Origin: Phaeosaccion multiseriatum
Taxonomy: Eukaryota; Protista; Ochrophyta, other classes
Assembly (NCBI GenBank): GCA_965112735.1
Contig: OZ218956.1
Coordinates: forward strand, 682,001 to 746,000
Reading direction: 5' to 3'
DNA: 64,000 nt
Shown here: in pieces, positions 46,457-59,741 of the stretch
How positions within the stretch are numbered: position 1 is the first letter of the stretch
Layout of the letters: every line of letters starts with the position of its first letter
Notes under the pieces: generated by a model
What the model was told of the DNA's origin: nothing
The model's input: only the letters and a program-made list of their open reading frames with translations
The model's database searches: none
Translations under genes and position numbers: made by a program

Positions 46457-47996
46457 CGGCGGAGAGCCCGCGCGGCCCCCTTCTTCCTGCCCCCCCTCGC
46501 ACCATCGTGGCGGGGCTTGGGCTCCTCCTGCGCCTGCTTGCTGCTGGAGTGGTCCAATTGCAACGCGCCGGCGGAGGACGAGGAGGAGGAGGAGGAGGAA
46601 GCTTCTTTGGCTAGGCCGAACGCCTTCGCCCCCGCCTTGGGGCTGTACTTTGGGCTGTAGGGGCTCGTCACCATAAGGTCCTTGTTCACCCCTCCCACCA
46701 TCACCACCGGCGCCAAGCGGGGTCTCCCCCGCCTGTCCGCCACCCTCTTTCTTGAGGTGTTGGTGATACTGTAGGGCTTGGACAGCACGGGCTGCCCCAG
46801 CATGTCACGGCTTGCTGCTACTGCCGCCGCCGCCGCTGCTGCTGCTGCGCCTCGAGAGTTCCACGGGGGCAACGGTTTGGGCGGCTGCTTGTTCCTACCC
46901 TTCGCCTTCCTCCGACGAGCGCGGAAGGGCCTCGCAGCGGGCGCTACGGAAGAACGGGGGGACATGGTACTCCCGAGCCCTTCGTCCGCACGCGCCCCTG
47001 CCAGTCGGGCCTCGCGCTCTCTGACCAGCACTTGCTGCTGCTCCTGCCAGGATGAGCCGCGAAGCTGCCGTAGGGGCTCTGGGGAGGCGTGCTGATGATT
47101 CGCCTTGAGATTGTCCTTGCGATTGGTCTTCCTCTGTGCGCTCATATCGCCTCCGCTGAGGGACTCGAGCTGTGCGTTCTGGCCGCGCTGCTTCTGTGCG
47201 CCCGACTTCTGCTGCGGCTGCTGCTGCTGCTGCTTGTCAGAGGGCCGCGATCTCCCCACCTTCCCGCCCCCACCCGCCAGGCCTCCGCCCCCGGCTCCTG
47301 CTCCTGCTCCTGCTTCTGCTCCTGTCCCTGCCCCTGCTCTTGCTCCTATTCCTACTCCTACTTCTGCTCCTGCTGCTGCTCTTGCTCCTGCCCCTGCTCC
47401 TACCTCCCCACGCTGGCGCCGGCGAGCTTTGCCCGGAGCAAGGGCGTCCTTGGGCGCGTCGCCGAACCCCTTACTGAGGGCCGCACTACTGAGCCCCGCA
47501 CTGCCCGGTGCCTCGGCCTTCTTCGTCCTCTTACTTCCACGATCTGGCGCTGCCGCCATGGTGACCACAGACGGCTTGACCATGACCTTACTACCACTGG
47601 CACCAGCACCAGCACATGTTTCAGCACACGCATCACCAGCACTACCAACCGCAACCCCAGCCGCAGCCGCAGTAGCAGTGGGTTGAGGCTCGTCAGCAAC
47701 TGTGCTTGGCTGCTGCAGATACTCATAGAGGAGACACCCCTGCCCCTCAAAGTCGGCCGGGCTGGAGGGTTGCGACCCATCAGAGGCCACCTCCTCCTCC
47801 ACAACCACGGCTTCATCCTCTCCGCCCTCGCCCTCCTCGTCCTCCATGCTGCACCCTTCCTCCTCTACTTCCATGGCGTCGTACCTCCCGTCCTCCTCGT
47901 CCGAGAAGCTCGCACAGAGCTTCTTGGCACCACCCTTCGGCTGCCTGTCCAAGCCACTCCCCCCTCCCTCCTCCTCCTCGACCACCTCAGCGGGAG

Positions 47997-48034
<38 letters not shown>

Positions 48035-49087
48035 GCCGCTTGCCCTGCGGCCTCTTCGGCACTGACCGGGATGCTCTCCTCGACCTCAAGTGCCCCTTCG
48101 CTTTCTTTCTCGCCTGGGGAGACCCTCCGGACGACGATCACCTCTTCCACTTCGTCTTGCACAGGAGACGCAGCGGAAGCAGGCGCAGAAGCAGCCTCGG
48201 GGGGGGCAAATGGAGCAACAACTTCTTCTCCCCCCCTTCCCTTCGTGCGGCCGTTACCTGCCTCACTCCTGCCGACAGCGCCGATCGGTGTGACGGTGAC
48301 CCTCTTGGTCATGAGCCTCGACCTCAACACGTTACTCGCGTTGCTTACGCCAGAGCCTGACTTCGCCGCCACCACCGTCTTGAGAATACCCACGAGGGTC
48401 GGGCACAGCCAGAGCAGCTGCGATGGGTGTGGTTGTCGGCAACAGAAGAAACGAGAAGAGAAGGGTGAGGTTGAGGGCTTTGTTCGGGAGGACGGGGCGC
48501 AGGAGAGGAGAGAAGAGGAGGGGAGGCAATGTGTATGGATCAGCAGTCAGAGCCATCAGCGCCAGCCTTGTTACCTCTCTGCTCACCTCTTTGCAGCCCA
48601 CCGCAGCGGCGATGACCTCCTGCGGCAGGGGCGAGGGGTGGCAGTCCAGCAGCTGCACGAAGGCGTTCATTGACCATTCCTCCAGCCGGGGCAAGCCGAA
48701 CATGTGGGCCCGGATCATCGCCTTCTCCTCCTTCTGCGCCAGGGTGAGGTGGTGCACCAGCAGAGGGACGGAGGCCTGCGGGTCCTTGAAGGAAAACTTG
48801 ACCTTCTTGCCCTCTGCAGAGGAGGCGGCGACGGGAGTGTCGACATCAAACTCCGCGCTGAGACTCCTCATCTGCTCCATGTGCAGCTTCTCGTGCCAGT
48901 CCGCGATGGCCCCATGCAGCTGGTGCCTGCTGTGGTGCGACAGCTTGTTGTGCACGGTCTGGCGCATCACGAGGTCGCGGAAGGTGATGGTGACTTCGGG
49001 CTGCTCCTCCCTCCAGATGAGTTGGCAGCTGTGCAGCACCTGAGAGAGAGAGAGGGGGGGGGAGGGGAGGCGGGTAGATGGATACGC

Positions 49088-49136
<49 letters not shown>

Positions 49137-50331
49137 GCAGCATATGAGTTGCACGACCGACAAGACAAACACCTTCCGAGCTGCCTATCGATCCTCTCAG
49201 TCACATGGTCAGTTACACGGTCAGGCACATGTGAGCCACGTCAACGCATCGCACCTTCAAGTCGTCGCTGAGGGAGCAGCCGCTGACGGGGATGGGGTAC
49301 ACGCTGTCCAGCAAGCCCTGCGGGATGGCTGCGCTGCCGATGCAGGCCAGCACCTTGAGCACGAAGAGCTGTTGTGCGCTGAGGTTGGACAGGTAATCCA
49401 TGATCTTTGCCTCCACAGGGGCAGGCACCGTGTTCTCCAGCATGCGGTACACGTTCTTGCCCGGAGTGAAGGCCCACACGTCTCCCTCGGAAGCTGCTGC
49501 TGGGACGTCCTCGCCAGCAGTGGCAGGAAGAGTAGGAGTAGGAGGAGGAGGAGGAGCAATGATAGTGGCATCGTCGCAGGCGGCAGCGGGGGCAGCCGCG
49601 GCAGCAGCAGCAGCAGCTCTTTGGTTTGGGGTGCTTCCCATACCCTTCTCCTGCATCAAGCGACAATACTGCACAGCAAAGGAGAAGCACAAGGACAAGT
49701 ACAAGCACAGCAGGGGAAGAGAAGAGAAGGGGTTCGTGAGAAGCTGCCTCACGATTCTACCAGCTACAGCTACAGCTACAGCTACAGCCACAGCTACAGA
49801 CACAGACACAGCTACAGCTACAACTATAGCTACAACTACAACACAACTACAACTACAACTACAACTACAACACAACTACCAGCCTGTCTCGTGCGTACGT
49901 ACCTCCACAGCGTAGAAAGGGTTCCCGTGCGTGCGCAGGTACAAGGCCAACATGGCGGTGGGCTCCACGGCCTTGCACTGCAGCACCTCACACGCGAGGC
50001 GCTCCGTCTCTGCAAAGCTCAGTGACCCCACAGTCAGCGTCTCGAGCAGAGACGTGTACTTGAGAGAGCTCGTGATGGTGGCGAGCTTCACGGCGGCGGG
50101 GTTCCAGTAGCGCTTAAAGCCGCTGTCCCTGCGCGTGGAGTTGGTGCCGACCTCTGCCGGCTGAGTTTTGCCCGTGACACCTTCCATGAAGGCCGCTGCA
50201 GAGGAAGAGGAAGCGGCGCAACAGACGTTCGTCGTCAGCAAAGCGACACAACACAACCAGCACAACAACAACACTAACAAAACCAGCGCCGCCACCACAA
50301 CCACCACAACAACAACGCCATCATCATCATC

Positions 50332-50400
<69 letters not shown>

Positions 50401-53400
50401 AACAGCAACAATAAGTGGTGTTGGCACCTTCCCCTTCTTCCTTGTACCTGCGCCGATGTTAAGACCCGCGTTGACGGCGTTGGGTTTGGAGGGTGCGGGT
50501 GCCCCCCCGCTTGCCGCCCCGCTTGCGGCCTCGGCCACCGCCCCATTCTCCGCCCCCCCAGCGGTGGGGGCGTCCAAGTTGCGGACAGTGCCGCCCCCCT
50601 TCAACACGGGGGGCTTTGGGCTCCCGCTGCGCGTTGGCCGAGGCGAGTCCGCTCCGTGTCGCTGCCCCTCGGCCCCTCGAGACTCCGGCACCAAGGGCAG
50701 CGGCGGGGAGGCGAGGATGATGAGCAGCCGCTTGGACAGGTACTTTAGCGCCGCTCGAATGAGGTCGCAGCTCTGCATGTCCACCTCGGACAGGTCGTGG
50801 TCGAGGATGGCCACCACGGCCTCGCCGCCGTCGAACAGCGTGGGCAGCGTCAGCATGGCCAGCAGCACCTCGAAGGTCTCTCTGTCCGGCCGGGAGTCGC
50901 CCTTGCGGGGAGGGGCAAGCTTGTGCACCGCGGCTCGAGTCACGTCGCACACGAACATCTGCGCCACATGCTTTCTCGAGAGGGCGGGGAGCTCGACGTC
51001 GAGCTGCTCGCAGAGGATGTGCACCGCGCCGTGGATGTTGGCGGGGAAGAACGTTTCGCAGAACTTGAGGATGAACTTTCCTCGCGTCCTTCGCGAGTCG
51101 TCCCTCCTCACCACCTCGGAAACCGCTCCGAAGGCCCCTGCCCAGCTTGGCAAGCTCTCCTCGTCCCACTCGTCTTCCTTGGAGGTACCCACCCGCAGAG
51201 CGCCGTTGGATCGCCGGTTTTTGACGCCAGTGGGCGCGCTCGAGCCCCTTCTCCTCAAAGGGTCCCCCCCCCCGGGAGAGTTACGCCTCTGCGCCCTCTC
51301 CTCTTGCTCCTGACCGTCGTTCATTTCCTTGAGAGCCCTGACCTCCGCCTCGAGCTGGACCGCAAGCTCTTGCACTTCTCGTCTATTAGCGATGTCCCTT
51401 CGCTCCTCTGACGTCACTCGACTCGCCAGCGAGGGAGACACCTGCTCGCTCCTGCCGCGACTTTTCCGCCCCTCAGCGCGTGCATCTTTATCCCCTTCTT
51501 CCCCCCACGTTATTCTCCTCTTGGAGGAAGCGGACTTTGGCTTCACCGCATGCCCTAGTGCCGCGTCTTGCTGACTCGGGAAAGGGGACCGCTGCCCCTG
51601 CTCTTTGTTCTGCTGCCCCTCCCCCCCAGTCTCCTCCCCCACTTGCTGCTGGGCAGGTCTCCCCACCAGCAGCCGGCCCGACTTCCTGCGTGCCCCTGCT
51701 GCCTCCAACACGTGTGCCTTGTACAGCAGCAGGATGCTCAATAACACCTTCCTCCACGCCATGAAGGGCCGCCCGCCCTCCCCCTCCCTCTTGTAACACA
51801 CCGCCTGGTGGACGATGGCGCCCCCCTCTCCCTCCGCCTCCCTTGTCACCGCTCCCACCCCTAGGATGTACACATGCCTGGCGAGCTCCCTCTTCCACTC
51901 GGCCGCGCAGTGCACCTGCAGAGCCGTCTTTCCGCTACCCGGCGGCCCCTGCAGAATAACCAAACCTCCGTCAAACCCTTGCACGAGTGCCGTGACTCGC
52001 TCATTGAGGCGTGCCAGCACCTCCACCTGCCCCACCAAAGGCACCTCGCCTCCCAGCCCCGACTTGGAGCCCCCTGCGCGAGTTTGCGCCCTGACAGGTT
52101 GAAAGCCTGGTGTCAGGTGCATCTTGCCTTTCAACTTGAAGTCGCCAAGCTTCTCGAAGTGCACCTCCGAGGCCCCCGCGTGCCGCACTTTCTCCTCCAC
52201 CACCGCCACCCCCTCGAAGGGCCGGAATTGAACGTGCTGCAGCTGCTTCATGCCCACCGACATGAGTCTGGCGGCCGTGTTGACCACGTCCCCCATCATG
52301 CCAAACTCACGCCGCTTGGTCCCGATGGACGCTGTAAAGACCTGCCCCAGGCTGATGCCGATGTAGCCTTTGGTCTGCTGCTCCTCCAAGGCGGCAAGCA
52401 TCTGCAAGGCACACATGCTGGCCTTGGCTGCGGGGTTGGAGCCAACCATAGGAGGCAAGCCAAACGCCCCCACCAGTACCGTGCCCTTGTCGTCTACGCT
52501 AAACTCTTTAATCACGCCTTGCCATCTGAGCCCAACCAACAACAGCAGGAAGTGGACAGCGAGGGATGGTATCAAGTATCGGTGAGGAAGACGCAAGAGA
52601 CACAAAAAGCGAGAACGAACGAAAGAGTGGGGGAGGGGGGGGGGGGGACGCAAGAGCCCGCCGTACCTTCTCATGGCGACTTGAAGGGTGCGGAAAGCCG
52701 CCTGCATGGCCTCCAGCGTCGGTTGCGGCAGCGCCAGATTGACAAAGATGATGGCTGCGCGGTGTATCTCGGCGAACCAGCCGGACTCCTCGGCCTCCAC
52801 CTCGTAGAGAATGGGCGGGGGGATGAACGAGCGAATAGCCCTCTCCAAGCGGCTCCGCACGGCCACAATGCGCTTCAGCAGAGCGTCGGGGTAGTTCTTG
52901 TAGTCATTCCCAACGTTGCACTGCCTGCCGTGGTCCGCCGCTAGCAGCTCCTCTAGAACCCGGAGCCTGTGCTCCACGCCGGACTCTTCCACCCCGCGCT
53001 CCTCCAGCCTGAAGTTACCGTTGGGCGTCTCCGTCACTTCCCAAGCGGTCAACTCCTCCGTGTCCAGCAAGTCTCTCATCTGCTCCCAGTAGCCCTTGGA
53101 GACCACCATCTCTCCCGCCTTGCCGTCGTCCAACGCCGTGTCGAGCTCTCGAAAGGGACTCCCTGCCGCGACATAGTGCCACCCCTCCCCCGCGGCCCCC
53201 ACCGTGTAGAGTTCCAGCGGCCCCACCCCGAGCGCCACGTGTAGCTTGAGGTGGTGCCCAAGGATGAGCTTGCCGCTGAGGCGCCGCATGGCTAGCAGAG
53301 ACACCAGGGCCGCCCTCTGTAGCAGGGAGGCGAAGGAGTCGTCTGTCACGGGGTTTCCCGAGGTCTCTACAAACACCGTAATGAGCGCATCGCCCGCCAG

Positions 53401-54117
53401 CCGAATCACATCGCCAGAGAACTCATGCAGGGTACCCATGAGCTGACCAAAGAACGACTTGAGCAACTCCTTTAGTTGCTCGGCGCCGTACCCGGCCTGA
53501 TCTTCTGCAGTGACCTGTTCGTGAGTGAGTGAAGCGAGTGAGTGGGTGAGTGAGAGAGGGTGACACACTGTGTTTACTTCCATGCGGGCGCTCCATCTGC
53601 AGCTCACCTGCAGATTTAGGAGCTGCACCGAAAGCTTGGTGTTCATCATTGCCGACGCCAGGCCGCTTGGGTTCTCTACATCTGTGCTCGCAACATACGA
53701 CGCAGAAGTGCTTGCGGTGACCGAAGCATCCGCGCGATCCAGGGTAAGGTGTCCTTTACCAAGGCCCTCCGCTAGACTCGTAAAGGAGCAGAGGTCGAAC
53801 ATGACCACGACAGTTCTCTCCAGGCAGACGTGGCTTGGCACCATTTCCAGCGTGTCTGACTGCGTGTCCGCTGCCCCGTCCATACGCAGGAGCTGCTCCA
53901 ACACGACATTGGGAACAAAACTCGCGTATGTGTGGAGCTTCTGCAGCCGAGCCTGCTCTAATAGTAGGCCCGCGCTCTGTCGATTGAGCAGCGCCGTCTG
54001 GATGTTTTTCTTCCATCCTGCCCCCCCCGTTACTTGCTGTCGCGGCTTCTTGCGCTCCCCTCCTTCCGCCGGGAGCTTGAAGGTTAAGGAGCGCAAGGAA
54101 GAGTCTGGCCGTGACAT
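46153..54117 (-). CDS. Soluble adenylyl cyclase-like (ADCY10 type): tandem class III cyclase domains + P-loop NTPase + long disordered C-terminus
   Basis: MFDLCSFT; GDVIRLAGDAL; DDKGTVLVGAFGLP; RREFGMMGDVVNTAARLM; LKGK; GPPGSGKT; THGNPFYAVE. Exon joins near the C-terminus are less certain. Confidence 0.88.
49088..49136 (+). repeat. (CAGA)n microsatellite in cyclase intron
   Basis: Direct reading. Confidence 0.85.
49761..49878 (+). repeat. (GCTACA/ACTACA)n hexamer repeat in cyclase intron
   Basis: Direct reading. Confidence 0.8.
50330..50410 (+). repeat. (CAA)n microsatellite in cyclase intron
   Basis: Direct reading. Confidence 0.85.
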
Positions 54118-54565
54118 GGTGGCCCTCAACCACCCGTCACCATCTTCTCCTCCTGTCAGTCTCTTATCAAAGCCAACCTGCCTAGCCTAGCCATTGCAGC
54201 GTGTGGCAGGTACGAGGCACGCTCCAATGGGATGCTATAGTCCGGGCCCCGTCGGCCCCGGAGGAGACACTCAGAAGAGTAGCATAGTTCGCTCCCGAGC
54301 AAAGACGATTCCGCTTCAACCTCTTCTTCCTCTTCCTTCTTCTTCTGCTGCTGCTCCTGCTCCTGCTCCTGCTGCTCCTGCTGCTCCCGCTACTATTGCT
54401 TCCTGTTCTAGTGCTGCTGTTGCTGCTCTTATTGCGTTTACTATCTACTAGGTGGCGGTGGTATGCGAAAAATCGAAACGCCCGCCGTGGTGGTGCTCCG
54501 GTGCCTGGCTCACAGGATCCGGTTGAGGGGGGGACAAAAGTGCTGGGTGCTGTATCGAAAGAGAG

Positions 54566-55148
54566 ATGGATGTGGAGGACGCACCAGCTTCAGCGGCAGG
54601 GGCGGATCAGGACGGCCAGCAGAATCAGCCCGAGCCCCCTGCAACAGCACCGTCAGTAGCAGTAGCAGCAACGGCGGCGGCGGAGAAGAGCGGCACCGCC
54701 AAGAGGACTCCAGGAGACTTTCTGAAGCACGTGTTGGGCCGGCCCGTAGAAGTCAAGCTAAACTCGGGTGTTGCCTACAAAGGTGCGCTCCAACGGGACT
54801 GCGGATGCCGCTCCCTGCCTGGGTTGTTGCGGTAACCGTCTCTCTCCCTCTCTTGCTCTGTTGCGTACCTGGTCCCAACAATCTCTCCCCTCTGTATTCC
54901 ACTGTGCGCAGGTGTTCTCGCGTGCCTCGACGGGTATATGAACATCGCCATGGAGCAGACGGAGGAGTACATCGATGGACAGCTCAAGGCCAAGTACGGA
55001 GACTGCTTCATCCGAGGAAATAATGGTATGACGCCTACCGCTTAGTGGCATTGGGCTGGGGTTCCGTCCAACGCTGAGACTTCGTCCCCCCCCTCTCGTC
55101 TGTCCTGCTGGCCCCACAGTCATGTACATTTCGACCGCGAGGCGGTAG
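54566..55148 (+). CDS. LSM6: U6 snRNA-associated Sm-like protein LSm6 (3 exons)
   Basis: TPGDFLKHVLGRPVEVKLNSGVAYKG|VLACLDGYMNIAMEQTEEYIDGQLKAKYGDCFIRGNN|VMYIST. Confidence 0.96.
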
Positions 55149-55477
55149 CGTGCGGCTGCCGGGGTGGGAGAGGACTGCGCTGGAGGTTAAGGGGTTGCCG
55201 CCTGGTTGTTACCGGATATATCCATCTGGCATGGGCAAGGCATGTCTGTGTATATTGACCGTTGGGAGTATTTGCGGCGGAGGTAAAGCAAAAGGCGATG
55301 ACCTCACACGCCACGGAATACATGGGTTGTCGCTGCGCTCGCCTGATGTAGTGTGATCCTTTCTCGCCCCGGCTTGACCCTGGACGGCCTCCCCGTCGGA
55401 CGGGCCTGTGGAGCCGGTAGGCGCTGTTGTCTCACAGACAGGCGGGCGCCTAATCTATAAGCCAATGTATAACCTAA

Positions 55478-57270
55478 CTAACCGCTGTTGCGCATGCCCG
55501 CTGCGATCCCGTTGATGGTGATGACAAGCGCGTCTTGTAACTGCTGCTTCTCAGTGTCGTTGGCGTATTCCTGAGGGGAGGGCGACCAAACCAAACGAAG
55601 AGCACCAGAGCAGTCGGAGGAAGGGCAGGCAGGGGAGGGGTGAGGGGAGGACTGCAAACCTCGATGTTGGCCTAGCCTTTGGTCTTGAGTCGAGCAGCCA
55701 CTGTACGTCTCACTCACCTCGTTCCGAAGGCGCTGCAAGACCCGCACCTGCAGCACGTTGAGCGGATCCACGTAAGGATTGCTGCGGAGGCCAAAGGCAC
55801 ACAGGGGGGAGGAGGGGAGAGAGAGAGGGGGGGGGGTGCTGTGAGTACCAGCCCAACGCATCCACTTTAGCGCGGTGTACGTACCGCAGCATGAGCTGCC
55901 ACTTGAGCAGCGCGTTGTCGCTGATCAGCTCCGGCTTTTTGGACACACCAAGAACCGCTTCCCTGGTCTTGTCGAGCTTCCCCCGCAGTGTCTCACCCAG
56001 CTCCTTTGCCTGAAGAACGTTGGAGAGAGGGGTAGGGGGGTTAGAACAGAAGAATTTATACTTACTTGACTGCACTCCAGCCTCAGTGCCTCCGGCCCCC
56101 TCCCGCCCTTCCTCCCTCTCCTCCCCACTCACGTCCCCGTCCGCCACCAGCATGTCGTCATAGTGCTTGGAGATACTTGTGTCGCTCTTGGCCAGCACCA
56201 TCTCAAACAGGTCGATGTTGGTCTTGAAGAAGGGCCAGTTGGTGTACATGTCAGCCAGCACCTCCGGCGAGTCTGCATGGACGCTACTCAGCCCCTCGCC
56301 CACACCCAGCCACGCAGGGAGGGTCATGCGCGTCTGTCGAGATGGAGGCGCAAGGGTAGAGGGTAAGGCGTTGCTGCATGTCAGACACATAGAGAGGTTG
56401 TAGGCTGCGGGCGGGGCTTTCAAGCTGCGGCCCTCGCGCACCTGCGTCCACGCAAAGACCCAGGGAATAGCTCTCAGCGTTTCCACTCCGCCTGTGGGGC
56501 GGCGCTTAGCGGGCCTGGAGCCAATGTTGAGGCTGGCCAGCTCCAGCTCAGGCGTGGCAGACCTGTCGTGGAAGGGGGGAGGGGGGAAGACAAAGGGAGG
56601 AGAGGGAAGAGTGGGTCAGTTGGCCGGTGCCAATGATGACCGCGCAGCGCCTCACGCCTCGCCAGGCAGCCACAAGAGCTCACCGGAAGTAGGGCACGAA
56701 GTTGGGGTTCTGCCTCACGACGTCGCGGTAGTCTGCGCAGCTCACGTCACTGAGCTTGGCCATGGCGGCCCGCCACTCCTCTCGCGGGATGGGCGGCTCC
56801 ACGAAGGTGTCGTGCAGCACCCCCGCCGTGTAGATGTCCAAGGTGCGCTCGGCGATGCCCCTGGTGCCGAAGTTCTGAGTGATCATCTCTCCCTGCTCCG
56901 TCACTCGGAACCGCCCCTCCACGGTGCCAGCAGGCTGAGACAAGCAGGAGCAGCAGCAGCAGCAGCAGACACACAACAAGCGTAAGCCAACAATAAAGGG
57001 TGACGGGCTTCTCTCTTGCGCCGCATCATGAGCCTGCAACTTTGATCCAACCTGCGCCAAGATGGCCTCGTACAGCGCCGGGTTGCCCCCACGGGACACT
57101 GTCCCTCCCTTGCCGTGGAAGAAGGTGAGCTGCACCCCGTGTTTCCGTGCCGTCTTGGCGAGCTGCTCCTGCGTCTCGTACTGGGCCCACGCTGCTGCTA
57201 GGCGACCGGCGTCCTTCGCGCTGTTGGGAACACACGCACACACAACAATAACAACAACAACAACAACACC

Positions 57271-57338
<68 letters not shown>

Positions 57339-59741
57339 CGACAACAGGACCAGTTCCAGTTGGAGGGGTGTGCCGGGGCTGCGCGAGAGTAACCACGCGA
57401 CGCCACTGACCTATCCGAGTACCCAATCATGACCTCCTGCTTCCCGTCGATGTGCCCGCGGTACCAAGGCATGCTCCACAGCTCGTCCATCGTGGCGGAG
57501 CTCCCCTCCAGGTCGCTGAGCGTTTCGAAGAGAGGCACCACACGCATGTCCCAGTCCAGCTTGGCCTCCTTCTGCAGCAACTTGACCCCCAACACGTCAC
57601 TGGGTGACGTGGCCATGCTAATCACGTACGCCCCTAGTGACTCCTCACCCAACTTGGCGATGGCATCAAAGGTGCCCAGCGTGTCCACGACAATGCTGTC
57701 GAAGTCCAAGTCACCCTCCTTCAAGTCTCCAAAGCTCTTTGAGAGCAGCGGGCGTTTGCTGTTGAGCTCCTTTATCAACCACGTCTGTCTGGTCTTTTCG
57801 TCCCACTGACTGTAGCTGCCAACGCCAAGGTGCCGTGTGATAGCATCAAGGGCTTCGGTATGACGCGTCGACTCTTGCCTGCACATGTACGGTGGTGTGT
57901 GGGGAGACTTAAGGCCTGGCATTTCCCAAAGAGGGGCCATATCTGACCTGTGGATCGACTACTAACCTGACGTCCAAAGGAATCAACGACAGCCCGAAGC
58001 AGCGCACGCGTCGAATCAAGTCCTGCAACGTCGAGAAGGAGGGGGGAGAGGGGGAGGAGGAGGAGGAGGAGGAGGAGGAGGAGGACGACGACGACGACGA
58101 CGACGACGAGGAGTCAAGCTCTGTGTGTGCTTGTTGACCTTACTACTTCATGAAGCCCCCGCCCTGCCACTCACCAGCAAGCCCCCGTTGGCCATCCCGA
58201 GCTGGCCAGTGCTGGTGAGAGAGTCGTAGAGCAGTTTGAGCTGGTCCAGCACTTCCTCCCTTCCGTTCAGGGGCAGAGCCTTGACGTCAAAGGGCATGTC
58301 TCCCGCCAGCATGGCCGCGCACTTGGCGATGGTCTCATCGAGCTTAGACTCCAGCTCCACGAGCACGGCTCTGTACGGCTCGCGGACAGCGCCAACGCGT
58401 GCTCGGAGCTCAGGCGAGCACTGATTCAGAAAAGACACAGCATGATTCAGAAAAGACGAAGCGGAAGTGCAAAGAGGGGTGAAAGCAGCAACACGCCCTG
58501 GGTCCCACCTTGCACCTTACCTTTGTGGTGGAGAGCTCCATGCGCAGCACACTGACATCCCTCTTGAGCAGACTGGCGGCTTGCCACCGGGCCTCGAAGC
58601 TGACTCTGCAGGTGATCTGCGGGGGACGGGAGAGAGAAGGAGGGGCATGAGCAGGGGCACGCGGAGGAGGCACATGGAACCGGGGAGGCAAAAAAAGCGT
58701 ACCTCTGGCGTGACGTTGGGGTTGCCGTCCCGGTCTCCGCCCATCCAGCTGGCAAACACCACAGGCGCCACGTCGGCGGGGAGGGGCTTGCCGAGCTTGT
58801 CTGTCAGCGTCTTGTCCACCTTCCGCAGCCACGAGGGAACAGCGTTCCACAGCACCTGCTCGATGACTGCCATACCAGCTCGCGCCTCGTCCTTGGGCGA
58901 CGGCTTGACTCGGCGAACCTCGTCACTGTTCCAAATACTCTCCACCGTGGAGTTGAGCTGCGAGTGCAGCTCCGCCACTTCGACATTGGTCAGATAGCCG
59001 GCACCGGCGTCTAATTGCTGCAGAATATTGCCAATCTTCTTATGCTTGACGAGCAGCGTGCGACGGTTCACCTCCGTGGGGTGCGCTGTCAGCACAATCT
59101 CAACCTTTTGCCGCGCAATGGCATCTAACATGGCCTCCGAAGACGGCGCCTCGCCCGCCATGGCCTGAAGCTTGGAGATGGTCCCCAAAGTGGTGTCCCC
59201 CCTCTGCGGAAAGGCATCTCCCTCGTTCACCATGGCTCGCAGGCGCCGAAGGCGATGATGGGACTCGGCCGAGTTTGCCAGAGAAAAGAAGTGGGTGAAG
59301 GCCTTAGACACCCCCAAACTCTCTTCTGCCGACAGGGTCTTCACTTTCTCTGCCAAGAGCCCCAGGTTTTCTTCCTTTCCATCCCTCCACCCTCGGGCCA
59401 GCAGCCGCATGTCCTCTACGTTCTTAAAGAGGCTGTCTCCTCCGTGCTTCTGGATGGTGTTGCCCAAGATCGCCCCCAGCGTCTTGACATCCGCCCGGAG
59501 AGGCTTGTCAAGCTCTGCCTTGCATACCGCGAATCCTCGCTGCTTTATCCATTGAGGTCTAACGATGCGTTTGAGAAGGTGCGGGAAAGGGGGGAGGCTC
59601 AACACAGAGCCACGAAAAAGGACAACAGCAGCCACGCACGCACCAACTTTTCGCCTTCTCTTTTCGCTTCACGTACCTAGCCGAAGCCAAGAAGCCAGTC
59701 GCTCTCGCCCTGCTACTGCTACTTGCACCCAAACGCAGCAT
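55478..59741 (-). CDS. PEPC: Phosphoenolpyruvate carboxylase with mitochondrial-type presequence, multi-exon
   Basis: VLTAHPTE; [12 protein letters not shown]; LDVRQES; VVPLFET; QEVMIGYSD|SAKDAG; [12 protein letters not shown]; RVTEQGE; [12 protein letters not shown]; [10 protein letters not shown]. Confidence 0.97.
57243..57345 (+). repeat. (CAA)n microsatellite in PEPC intron
   Basis: Direct reading. Confidence 0.85.
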
